Positions 35,668 through 47,108 of a stretch of 58,293 bases of DNA are shown here, piece by piece. The stretch is from Nemertoderma westbladi. Lineage: Eukaryota; Animalia; Xenacoelomorpha. Numbering within the stretch: the stretch's first letter is position 1; each line of letters starts with the position of its first letter. The DNA lies in contig JAUCBJ010007757.1 of assembly GCA_032718475.1 (NCBI GenBank), positions 1 through 58,293 on the forward strand, read 5' to 3'. Made by a program: the position numbers and the translations under genes. Below the pieces are notes generated by a model, which was given only the letters and a program-made list of their open reading frames with translations, was not told the origin of the DNA and did no database searches.

Positions 35668-38124
35668 TACGATTTTGACATGCTAATAACTTTGTCGGAT
35701 TTAAAGCTGCCAAGTTGAAAATTTGTAGGTATCAATATGAGCAAAAGTTGAGATTTTTGAGAGACTTTCAGACACCATCAGTGCAATGGTCTCCCGCTAG
35801 AGGGCCACATGTCTAAACATTAAATGCCCTCCCATTTCTTTGCTTTTAATCGGTTTAAGCTGAAACTTGGCAGATATGTATTAGACCATTAGCTGTGACT
35901 TTCAAAGGAGGCGAATCCATCTGCAGTTCTCCAGTCTGCCGCTAGAGGGCCAAAGGTCTGAAAGTGAAATCGTTGTCGTCGTTACGATTTTGACATGCTA
36001 ATAACTTTGTCGGATTTAAAGCTGCCAAGTTGAAAATTTGTAGGTATCAATATGAGCAAAAGTTGAGATTTTTGAGAGACTTTCAGACACCATCAGTGCA
36101 ATGGTCTCCCGCTAGAGGGCCACATGTCTAAACATTAAATGCCCTCCCATTTCTTTGCTTTTAATCCGTTTAAGCTGAAACTTGGCAGATATGTATTAGA
36201 CCATTAGCTGTGACTTTCAAAGGAGGCGAATCCATCTGCAGTTCTCCAGTCTGCCGCTAGAGGGCCAAAGGTCTGAAAGTGAAATCGTTGTCGTCGTTAC
36301 GATTTTGACATGCTAATAACTTTGTCGGATTTAAAGCTGCCAAGTTGAAAATTTGTAGGTATCAATATGAGCAAAAGTTGAGATTTTTGAGAGACTTTCA
36401 GACACCATCAGAGCAATGGTCTCCCGCTAGAGGGCCACATGTCTAAACATTAAATGCCCTCCCATTTCTTTGCTTTTAATCCGTTTAAGCTGAAACTTGG
36501 CAGATATGTATTAGACCATTAGCTGTGACTTTCAAAGGAGGCGAATCCATCTGCAGTTCTCCAGTCTGCCGCTAGAGGGCCAAAGGTCTGAAAGTGAAAT
36601 CGTTGTCGTCGTTACGATTTTGACATGCTAATAACTTTGTCGGATTTAAAGCTGCCAAGTTGAAAATTTGTAGGTATCAATATGAGCAAAAGTTGAGATT
36701 TTTGAGAGACTTTCAGACACCATCAGTGCAATGGTCTCCCGCTAGAGGGCCACATGTCTAAACATTAAATGCCCTCCCATTTCTTTGCTTTTAATCCGTT
36801 TAAGCTGAAACTTGGCAGATATGTATTAGACCATTAGCTGTGACTTTCAAAGGAGGCGAATCCATCTGCAGTTCTCCAGTCTGCCGCTAGAGGGCCAAAG
36901 GTCTGAAAGTGAAATCGTTGTCGTCGTTACGATTTTGACATGCTAATAACTTTGTCGGATTTAAAGCTGCCAAGTTGAAAATTTGTAGGTATCAATATGA
37001 GCTAAAGTTGAGACGTTTGAGAGACTTTCAGACACTATCAGAGCAATAGTCTCCTGCTAGAGGGCCACATGTCTAAACGTTAAATGTCGTCCCCATTTCT
37101 TTGCTTTTAATCCATTTATGCTGAAATTTGGCAGATATGTACTAGACCATTAGCTGTGACTTTGAAAGAAGGAATTGAATTGAATTGAATTGAAGGCTAA
37201 TCCGTGTGCAGTTCTTCAGTCTGCCGCTAGAGGGCTAAATGTTTGAAAGTGAAATCTTTCTCCCATCTCGTTATTTATGATTCGTTCAAGCTGAAACGTA
37301 GCAGATATGTAGTAGAAGTCGGCCTGAGTCTTTGGTGGGCAGTAAACGGTCTGGAGTCCTCCAGTCTGCCGCAAGAGGGCGAAATGTATAACTAAGTACA
37401 GTACAGGCCACCAGAAAAAGCAGATTTCATCCAATGTGATCACATGTGAACACATTTGTTCAAGTCATCAGATTGGCAGGTTATGGCGAGTTATCTAGCT
37501 AACTTGCTGGGACCGACAAAGGCTTAGTGTGCGGTGCGCCTGTATGTCTGATATCAGGTAGATGAGAGAGCCCACAGGACGTAACATTGCGGACATGGGC
37601 TGTATTGGTAGAGAGAGAACTACATACAAGACCACATGGAGGTTCATGGAGTGTATGGGAGTGGATGGGTATATGGATGGACGAGCCTAGACCATTGAAT
37701 AATTAATTTAGTGCAGGGAGATGTCGCGCCATTAGTCTGACACCGAGAGGGCACAGAGAAACACCAGAAGATGGCTTAACATCACTAACTATAGGCCTGC
37801 CTACTAGACACTATTAACCGCACACTATAAAGGTAAACAAAATCCTTATCGCATTTCCAGCTGCAGTGAGTGACAGTTCGCGGCAAACTACAGAGAGTTT
37901 CCAGATTACTAAGCGTTTCAAAAGTATTCAATTGTATCCTTTGGCGAAAAAATTTTGGTTGTTGCCAATTCAATTATGTTCAATTATGTTCAATTGTCCC
38001 GTTCAACAACATTACATTACACTGGTACACATTTGATAAAATGTGTTCACAATTGTATAAATCTGCGTTTTCTGGTGGCCTGTACTGTATAATTAAGTCA
38101 CGTGCTGCGCAAAGGCCCCACTTC
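35540..38124 (+). mobile_element. Helentron/DINE-1-like non-autonomous element, copy 1
   Basis: 5' ggggcgagccacgaagttggcggagcc hairpin, (GTC)n microsatellite, 315-bp central tandem repeats, 3' gccccacttc; gtgt on both sides; empty site visible at ~35240-35260. Confidence 0.75.
37399..38087. mobile_element. Tc1/mariner/pogo-type MITE nested in copy 1
   Basis: TIRs cagtacaggccaccagaaaa...ttttctggtggcctgtactg flanked by TA. Confidence 0.85.
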
Positions 38125-38222
38125 GTGTAGTCTGTACGGGTAGCGTAATATTTCTTATTTAGATAATTTGTAGGCTGGATTGTTGTCTGGCTGTTGTTAG
38201 GTCTGAAGAGATTGCGGTGTGT

Positions 38223-38316
38223 GGGGCGAGCCACGAAGTTGGCGGAGCCTTAGCGAATTTACACTGTTAGGGGGTGGGTCAATTTATGCAAATAGTTGTC
38301 GTCGTCGTCGTCGTCG

Positions 38317-38348
<32 letters not shown>

Positions 38349-39856
38349 GTCGTTGTCGTCGTCGTCGTCGTCGTTACGATTTTGACATGCTAATAACTTT
38401 GTCGGATTTAAAGCTGCCAAGTTGAAAATTTGTAGGTATCAATATGAGCAAAAGTTGAGATTTTTGAGAGACTTTCAGACACCATCAGTGCAATGGTCTC
38501 CCGCTAGAGGGCCACATGTCTAAACATTAAATGCCCTCCCATTTCTTTGCTTTTAATTCGTTTGAGCTGAAACTTGGCAGATATGTATTAGACCATTAGC
38601 TGTGACTTTCAAAGGAGGCGAATCCATCTGCAGTTCTCCAGTCTGCCGCTAGAGGGCCAAAGGTCTGAAAGTGAAGTCGTTGTCGTCGTTACGATTTTGA
38701 CATGCTAATAACTTTGTCGGATTTAAAGCTGCCAAGTTGAAAATTTGTAGGTACCAATATGAGCTAAAGTTGAGATTTTTGAGAGACTTTCAGACACCAT
38801 CAGTGCAATGGTCTCCCGCTAGAGGGCCACATGTCTAAACATTAAATGCCCTCCCATTTCTTTGCTTTTAATCCGTTTAAGATGAATCTTGGCAGATATG
38901 TATTAGACCATTAGCTGTGACTTTCAAAGGAGGCGAATCCATCTGCAGTTCTCCAGTCTGCCGCTAGAGGGCCAAAGGTCTGAAAGTGAAATCGTTGTCG
39001 TCGTTACGATTTTGACATGCTAATAACTTTGTCGGATTTAAAGCTGCCAAGTTGAAAATTTGTAGGTATCAATATGAGCTAAAGTTGAGATTTTTGAGAG
39101 ACTTTCAGACACCATCAGTGCAATGGTCTCCCGCTAGAGGGCCACATGTCTAAACATTAAATGCCCTCCCATTTCTTTGCTTTTAATCCGTTTAAGCTGA
39201 AACTTGGCAGATATGTATTAGACCATTAGCTGTGACTTTCCAATGAGGCGAATCCATCTGCAGTTCTCCAGTCTGCCGCTAGAGGGCCAAATGTCTGAAA
39301 GTGAAATCGTTGTCGTCATTATGATATTGACATGCTTATAACTTTGTCGAATTTAAAGCTGCCAAGTTGAAAATGTGTTTTGTTGAAAATCAGTTCAACA
39401 GTCACCCGCTATAGGACTACTTTATGCCTGAAAGTGAATAGATTCTCCCGTCTCATTGATTTTAATCAGTTTAAGCTGAATCTTGCCATATATTCTGGAC
39501 CACATGCTGCGTCTTTGTGGGGGGGGGGGGGGGGGGGGAGATTTAATCGGTCTGCTGCTATACAACGAAATTTCTGAAAGTGAGATCCGTCTCTCATTTC
39601 GTTATCCGTTATTCAAGATGAAACTTGGCCGATGTACGTATGTACTATTCATCCATAGGCTGTGTCTTTGTGGGGCTGGAGACCCTAATCCATCTTCAGT
39701 TCTCACTATACCGCTAGAGTCAGAAATGTCTAAATAGAAATGAAAGAGGTAAAAAGTGATTAGGCAAAATCTGCTTAAAATTTGCTAATACAGTAATACT
39801 TTCGAATTAGTACTTAAATTAAATTTAAGTCACGTGCTGCGCGAAGGCCCCACTTC
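38223..39856 (+). mobile_element. Helentron/DINE-1-like non-autonomous element, copy 2
   Basis: Same ends and repeats; empty site gcggtgtgtgtagag at ~35043-35057. Confidence 0.75.
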
Positions 39857-40366
39857 GTGTGTAGAGTGTATGTCCGATAAAGTACTAGTTAGGAACGTAG
39901 GGGCTTCCAGTGCTGTGAGGTAAATCCCCCTGAAAGAATAAGTCGTACTACTCGGTTAGAACGCATACTAACTAACCATTTCGGAGTCAGCATATACTGT
40001 AGTTTGTTTAGGCTTGATAGTAGTCTGCCAGCGTTTGGTCTGTATTTTGTTTGAGTAGTCTGTACGCGTAGCGTAATATTTATTATTCAGAGTTTATGCG
40101 ATTATTCATAACATTCATATCCCCAAGTTTATTCCTACAGTAATTGTGCTTGTTGTACATACCGTTATAGTTAAATTAACCCCGGTACTACATCAGGGCT
40201 GCTTGGCGTAGGTAAAGACTGGTGATTTTATGCCCCGGTCACTCCAGCAGATACCGTGGTTCTTTTAGCTGTACAAGTATTTCTAACTGCTGATTATTTG
40301 TTGTATAAGTACTTGTACCTAATTTAGGGTTTAGTGTGCAGTGCTTTCCGAAGGTAATTAGTGTGT

Positions 40367-42505
40367 GGGACGAGCCACGAAGTTGGCGGAGCCTTACCGA
40401 ATTGACACTGTTAGGGGGTGGGTCAATTTATGCAAATAGTTGTCGTCGTCGTCGTTGTCGTCGTCGTCGTCGTCGTCGTCGTTGTTGTCGTCATCGTCGT
40501 CGTTACGATTTTGACATGCTAATAACTTTGTCGGATTTAAAGCTGCCAAGTTGAAAATTTGTAGGTATCAATATGAGCAAAAGTTGAGATTTTTGAGAGA
40601 CTTTCAGACACCATCAGTGCAATGGTCTCCCGCTAGAGGGCCACATGTCTAAACATTAAATACCCTCCCATTTCTTTGCTTTTAATCCGTTTAAGCTGAA
40701 ACTTGGCAGATATGTATTAGACCATTAGCTGTGACTTTTAAAGGAGGCGAATCCATCTGCAGTACTCCAGTCTGCCGCTAGAGGGCCAAAGGTCTGAAAG
40801 TGAAATCGTTGTCGTCGTTACGATTTTGACATGCTAATAACTTTGTCGGATTTAAAGCTGCCAAGTTGAAAATTTGTAGGTATCAATATGAGCTAAAGTT
40901 GAGATTTTTGAGAGACTTTCAGACACCATCAGTGCAATGGTCTCCCGCTAGAGGGCCACATGTCTAAACATTAAATGCCCTCCCATTTCTTTGCTTTTAA
41001 TCCGTTTAAGCTGAAACTTGGCAGATATGTATTAGACCATTAGCTGTGACTTTCAAAGGAGGCGAATCCATCTGCAGTTCTCCAGTCTGCCGCTAGAGGG
41101 CCAAAGGTCTGAAAGTGAAATCGTTGTCGTCGTTACGATTTTGACATGCTAATAACTTTGTCGGATTTAAAGCTGCCAAGTTGAAAATTTGTAGGTATCA
41201 ATATGAGCAAAAGTTGAGATTTTTGAGAGACTTTCAGACACCATCAGTGCAATGGTCTCCCGCTAGAGGGCCACATGTCTAAACATTAAATGCCCTCCCA
41301 TTTCTTTGCTTTTAATCCGTTTAAGCTGAAACTTGGCAGATATGTATTAGACCATTAGCTGTGACTTTCAAAGGAGGCGAATCCATCTGCAGTTCTCCAG
41401 TCTGCCGCTAGAGGGCCAAAGGTCTGAAAGTGAAATCGTTGTCGTCGTTACGATTTTGACATGCTAATAACTTTGTCGGATTTAAAGCTGCCAAGTTGAA
41501 AATTTGTAGGTATCAATATGAGCTAAAGTTGAGATTTTTGAGAGACTTTCAGACACCATCAGTGCAATGGTCTCCCGCTAGAGGGCCACATGTCTAAACA
41601 TTAAATGCCCTCCCATTTCTTTGCTTTTAATCCGTTTAAGCTGAAACTTGGCAGATATGTATTAGACCATTAGCTGTGACTTTCAAAGGAGGCGAATCCA
41701 TCTGCAGTTCTCCAGTCTGCCGCTAGAGGGCCAAATGTCTGAAAGTGAAATCGTTGTCGTCGTTATGATATTGACATGCTTATAACTTTGTCGAATTTAA
41801 AGCTGCCAAGTTGAAAATTTGTAGGCATCAATATGATCAAAAGTTGAGACGTTTGAGAGACTTTCAGACACCATCAGAGCAATAGTCTCCTGCTAGAGGG
41901 CCACATGTCTAAACGTTAAATGTCCTCCCATTTCTTTGCTTTTAATCCATTTATGCTGAAATTTGGCAGATATGTACTAGACCATTAGCTGTGACTTTGA
42001 AAGAAGGAATTGAATTGAATTGAATTGAAGGCTAATCCGTGTGCAGTTCTTCAGTCTGCCGCTAGAGGGCGAAATGTTTGAAAGTGAAATCTTTCTCCCA
42101 TCTCGTTATTTATGATCCGTTCAAGCTGAAACGTAGCAGATATGTAGTAGAAGTCGGCCTGAGTCTTTGGTGGGCAGTAAACGGTCTGGAGTCCTCCAGT
42201 CTGCCGCTAGAGGGCGAAATTTCTGAAAGTGAGATCCGTCTCTCATTTCGTTATCCGTTATTCAAGATGAAACTTGGCCGATGTACGTATGTACTATTCA
42301 TCCATAGGCTGTGTCTTTGTGGGGCTGGAGACCCTAATCCATCTTCAGTTCTCACTATACCGCTAGAGTCAGAAATGTCTGAATAGAAATGAAAGAGGTA
42401 AAAAGTAATTAGGCGAAATCTGCTTAAAATTTGCTAATACAGTAATACTTTCGAATTAGTACTTAAATTAAATTTAAGTCACGTGCTGCGCGAAGGCCCC
42501 ACTTC
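40367..42505 (+). mobile_element. Helentron/DINE-1-like non-autonomous element, copy 3
   Basis: Same ends and repeats; gtgt flanks. Confidence 0.75.
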
Positions 42506-43568
42506 GTGTAGGCAGTATATTTGTGTTGTAAAGTGGTTAATAGGCACGTTGGTTTTGGTAGACCGCGGTAATTAACTTCTAGGTAGGAACACTCCGTGAT
42601 ACATAATGTAGTGCTTATAGCGATATGGCTATAAGTCGTCAGACGGTGGTATTTTTCCTATCTGGACAACGCAGTATATTTACTACTGCTTTGTTATTTT
42701 CAAATACTGTAGTATCCTGTCTGTTTGTAATAACCAGATATTCTAACCCTTTGTTAGGCTGGTTTGTAGACTTCTTGTAAAATTACCCTAAAAATTCGTA
42801 CGTGTAATTTTTGTGTTTATTTAGAGATTGTAATCTCACCCCGAATTGTACGTAATTTGTAGTATTAAGTAACTTAGGTAAATTAGAATTATTTGTTTTT
42901 AGTGTCCAACAAGTAGCACTTCACTGAGAGCGTACAGCTTCTGTGCAGTGACTCCTTCCCAGAAATAATAACATTTATTTCAAATATTGACAAAACCCAT
43001 TATACGGGTATATATATATTATAAATCAACTCAAACTGATTTATAAAATAGTAGGCCTGTCATACATCAATTAGGTCTAAATATCAGTTGGACTACTGCT
43101 TAAATAACGGTAATAAGGCAAAGTAAAGTAGCCAAGTAACCCCTAAAATTTCAGAAATTCAATTATTCTAAAATAATTGACATACCGGTATTTACAATAG
43201 GCTTATTATATTTATTTCAATAAATTTAGGCTGAAATTATACCGGTATTCTGTAATTAATTCTAGTCCATAATTATACTTATATATATTATAAGTGTAAG
43301 CCGTATACTGGTATTCACGATAGGCCTATTATATATTTATATATATTTGTGCTGAAATTACATACCGGTATTCTGTGACAAATCTAGTCTGTAATAATAC
43401 TTATATATATACTATAAGCATACCGGTATTCTAATATATTATATATATATATCACGTTACACTGAGTAACAGTATCAGTAATTAATTACTAGGATAACAG
43501 TTGATACTGAATTACTAGACTTGCTTTAACTGTAATATAGCAGTAGGCATTCAACTGTACAAACAAAC

Positions 43569-44939
43569 ATGTCTGACACAAAGCAAAACCTATCAGACAG
43601 TCTCCTAGATACAACCATCTGTGACCCAGACAGGAGTGTGGAACGTGTGAGACCGAAGTTCAATTCACCTCCTACTGTAAGAAAGATCATCCCTCCAGTA
43701 GTAATATCAGACCCTAGGCTATTCCAATACCGTAGGTCTATCATAGGCACTCGAGCTCAAGTCAAGCGAGACCAAGAAGCAGCGGAACAGCAGCAACACT
43801 CGAGCTGAGAACTTATTTCTCAGCGGCCCGACAGCTCCAGTAGTGCGGATACTGTAGAGCTGACACCCGAGCGCGGAGCTAAGATGGCAGATGCGGTTTA
43901 TTCAGATCCCCTTCTCATCCTTCCTGCAGCCGTACTCACTAGGGTATTGATTGCGGTGGAGGAACACCAAATTGATTGGGCGAGAAGTAAGCGATCGACC
44001 AAGGATAGTTATGCGGGATACACAAGGGAAGAACTGAAGTCTATTGTCGAGTCGCAATGGAACTTCCCCGGACCCGGACTCCCGTTTGACTTATCGGAAG
44101 CGGCCTGGGAAAACATACACAGGATGGGAGTGACAAAAGAAACCAGCGATCCAGCTGTGTGGAAGAGGTCAGCAGCGGGATACGTACAGGGATTCTTCAG
44201 CTCTATGGAGCGATTAGAGGAACAACTGTTTCGACAACGCCAAGGACCTCAAGAGCAGGGAGAGCTGCTTTATCAAGTTAGAGAAAGAATTCTAAGAATC
44301 AGACTAATCTTATCGGCCTTTGAGGAGGCTTCGAAAAGAAGACAAGACACATCGTTGCAAGTTGCCATAAAGACTTGGTTTCAGCGAGTGAGTCTCCAAG
44401 TTCAAGGAACTGCCCAGTGGAAATCTCAGCTGGCTGAGCGCTCAAGCCATGGAGAATCAACAGACGCTACATTTTCCCAAGTGGAAAGTGAAGCGATAGC
44501 AGAGAAACCGCATGAGAGGGATGCTATTGACATCTATCTATCAGACTATCAACGATTTCTAGTGGATGAAGAGTTGAAGAGAAGGCTGAAGGGACTTCGT
44601 CCTAATAGTGAAGGAGCCAAGTTTGTGCTGGACGCAATAGATGCTGAAATGTTGGCTGAGAACCAAGCTAAATTTGATGAAAGCATCCGCATCGCTAAGG
44701 CTCAAGAAGAACAAGTAAAGAAAAAATGTATAGAAGACAGAAAGATAGCAGCAGCGGCAGCGGCAGAGGCAGAAGCGGAAAGAAAAGCAGCAATGGCAGC
44801 GGCAGAAGCGGCAATGGCAGCGGCAGAAGCGGAAAGAAAAGCGGCAGTGGCAGAAGCAGAACGGAGGGCATCGGAAGAGACAACCCAACTAGAGTTGGAA
44901 AATCTCCAAGAGAGGCAAGCAACTTCAATAAACAGTTAA
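43569..44939 (+). CDS. N-terminal ORF / gag extension with an Ala/Glu-rich coiled coil (one in-frame TGA at 43806)
   Basis: ORFs 43569-43808 and 43884-44939 share a frame with a single stop between them; AEAERKAA repeats. Confidence 0.7.
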
Positions 44940-47077
44940 CAGCTAGTCAAATGCAGATGATGAGACGATCTACTCCCAAACGACAGGGATTTACATCATA
45001 TGATGAAGGCGATACCACCGATCCTGAAGGCGGAGGAAATAGATCTCATCTAAGTAAGCGTAGAAGAATGTCCCACCGTCAGAAATTGCCTGATTTGCCC
45101 CCAGCTGTTAGAAGGCGACTAACTAACACAGACTTAGGTAGTACAGAACCCACAGACCAAATAATTAAAATAGAAAGACTCCCTACTATAGTAGATGAGC
45201 CTGAAATAATTAGGCCTGTTCTCGAAGCCACCCCCTCGGCGATAGAGACACCTGTACTCCCTGAACCTACCTCTAAATTCCCTCTGCACAGCACTAAGCT
45301 ACCTGTGCCCCACAGAACCACCCCTGAAAATGTTCATGTCCTGGACTCCGAGCGAAATATTAATGATTTGTCGCCCGTTGTCCCTCGTCCGCCCGCTACA
45401 ACGTTGGCGCCTCCCGCTTCGGCGGTCGAGTGGGTAGATGAGGGACGACGGGAGATAGGTCTCCTGCTCGGGCAGCTGAGGGAACACCGTTCTTGCTCCT
45501 CTCAGCAGGTCCAGGAGGTGGAGGAGAATGTGCAGCAGTTAAAGGGAACAATTAGAGAGGGTAGGTTAGAGTTGCAAGAAGTGCAGCAAAGTATTGCGTT
45601 AGAACGCGACAAACTAGTAAATCTACAAAAGGGTATACCACCACCCCCTTTAACAATGTGTCAACCTGTTAGGTCTGAAGTATTTCATGCGCAAGGTGTG
45701 GAGCCTACACGCATCTATACTGCTAGTGAAGTGGAAACTCCTATAGTAAACCCTATTAAGGGTAATTATAAACCTATTGACAATGATATTCCATATAGAC
45801 CTGATCATAATCCGAGAAATTTATATACCGATAACTCGATATTAAATAACACGATGGCCCAAGAAAGTTTTACGCGTCAAATGGCTAGAACCGAAGCCCG
45901 TCAAGCGGTAAAGGTGGGAGAGATCGTCAAGTTCAATGGAGATGAGATGAAATGGTTACCTTTTAATGAATATTACAAAGATAACATACAGAACTCTGTG
46001 CTATCTAACGGAGAGAAACTTAGATTCCTCATCGAGTGCTTGGAAGGATCTCCCAAGTTAATGGCGTTAAAGTTTATTGGACATCCAGATGGATTAAGAC
46101 AAGTTTGGGAAACCCTAAGCATCAGGTATGGTAATAAGAATAACATAGCTAGGTATTTGTATGCAAAATTGGTAGCGCCCCGAAAATTCATTAGCATCGG
46201 GATTATAGAGTTTTCCGATGAGATTCAGGAGATCTGTAGACAATTAGATTGGCTAGGTAAGTCTCATGAATATCAAAGTTCTATGGTTATAGGAGCCGTG
46301 ACCTCAACTTTACCTAAGGGTGGAGTAGGCACACGCTGGGATAAGAAAGTGTTATATATGATGGAACAACAACGACGAGACCCTACCATGGCTGATCTCA
46401 TGTCGTTCTTAGATGGAGAAGTGAAATTACAGCTCCTAAAGCAGTCCAGAGAGAAGACACCGGAAAACAAAGTAAGTGAGAAACCCGTTTCTAGGAGAAA
46501 GGTAACACCAGTGTGTTATACCGACGACGGCGAAAGCCAGGCTTCTCAAGAAGAAGACAGCGGGAAAGACACTGAAAGATCTTATTATGTCAATAAAACG
46601 CCTAAAGATGTAAGTAAATTCAAGTCTCGAACCAATGACAGGACAGAACAGGTAAGAACAACTCCTCCTACGTCTCCTAAGAGAATTCAGGTAAGAAAGC
46701 CTGAAGAAAGAACGAGTGTGCACAACGTTACTCAAAATAAGGTAAGTAATGTCAAACCGAAATGTGCGCTATGTGACGGGACCCACCGTTTGAACGTGTG
46801 TGATGAATTCCTAAAGAAATCATTAAAGGATAGACGGGAAGTCATGTGGGATAAGCGGTTGTGTTATAATTGCCTCAGACAAGGACACCAACGGCGAACC
46901 TGTTACTCAGACGCAAGGTGTGCGAAGTGCGGCGCAAAACATCATCTCTTGTTGCATACTGAATTCGAACGAAACAGCCCGAGTCAGGTAAGTGATTCCG
47001 AACTACATGTCCAATTCAGTGATGTGAACGACACAGACCAAAGTTCTGATATTCTATACGGACGAATTCTCCGATGA
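44920..47077 (+). CDS. gag (Pro-rich linker, coiled coil, DUF1759-like region, three zinc knuckles); frameshifted from pol at ~47045
   Basis: Near-identical to the minus copy from ~45755; a net 5-nt loss versus that copy near 47045 breaks the frame. Start approximate. Confidence 0.9.
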
Positions 47078-47108
47078 AAACGAATCCTGTTACCTGATAA
47101 ATACCGCA

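Noticed and set aside
35530-40554. Arg/Cys-rich protamine-like ORFs (35530, 38219, 40336)
   Set aside because: Translations of the (GTC)n microsatellite with non-ATG starts; repeat number varies between copies.
35540-42505. CRISPR-like array
   Set aside because: Units are near-identical 315-bp tandem repeats with no unique spacers; eukaryotic context and no cas genes.
44726-44920. Ser/Gly/Arg-rich N-terminus of the 783-aa ORF
   Set aside because: Off-frame reading of the Ala/Glu coiled-coil repeat of the upstream ORF.
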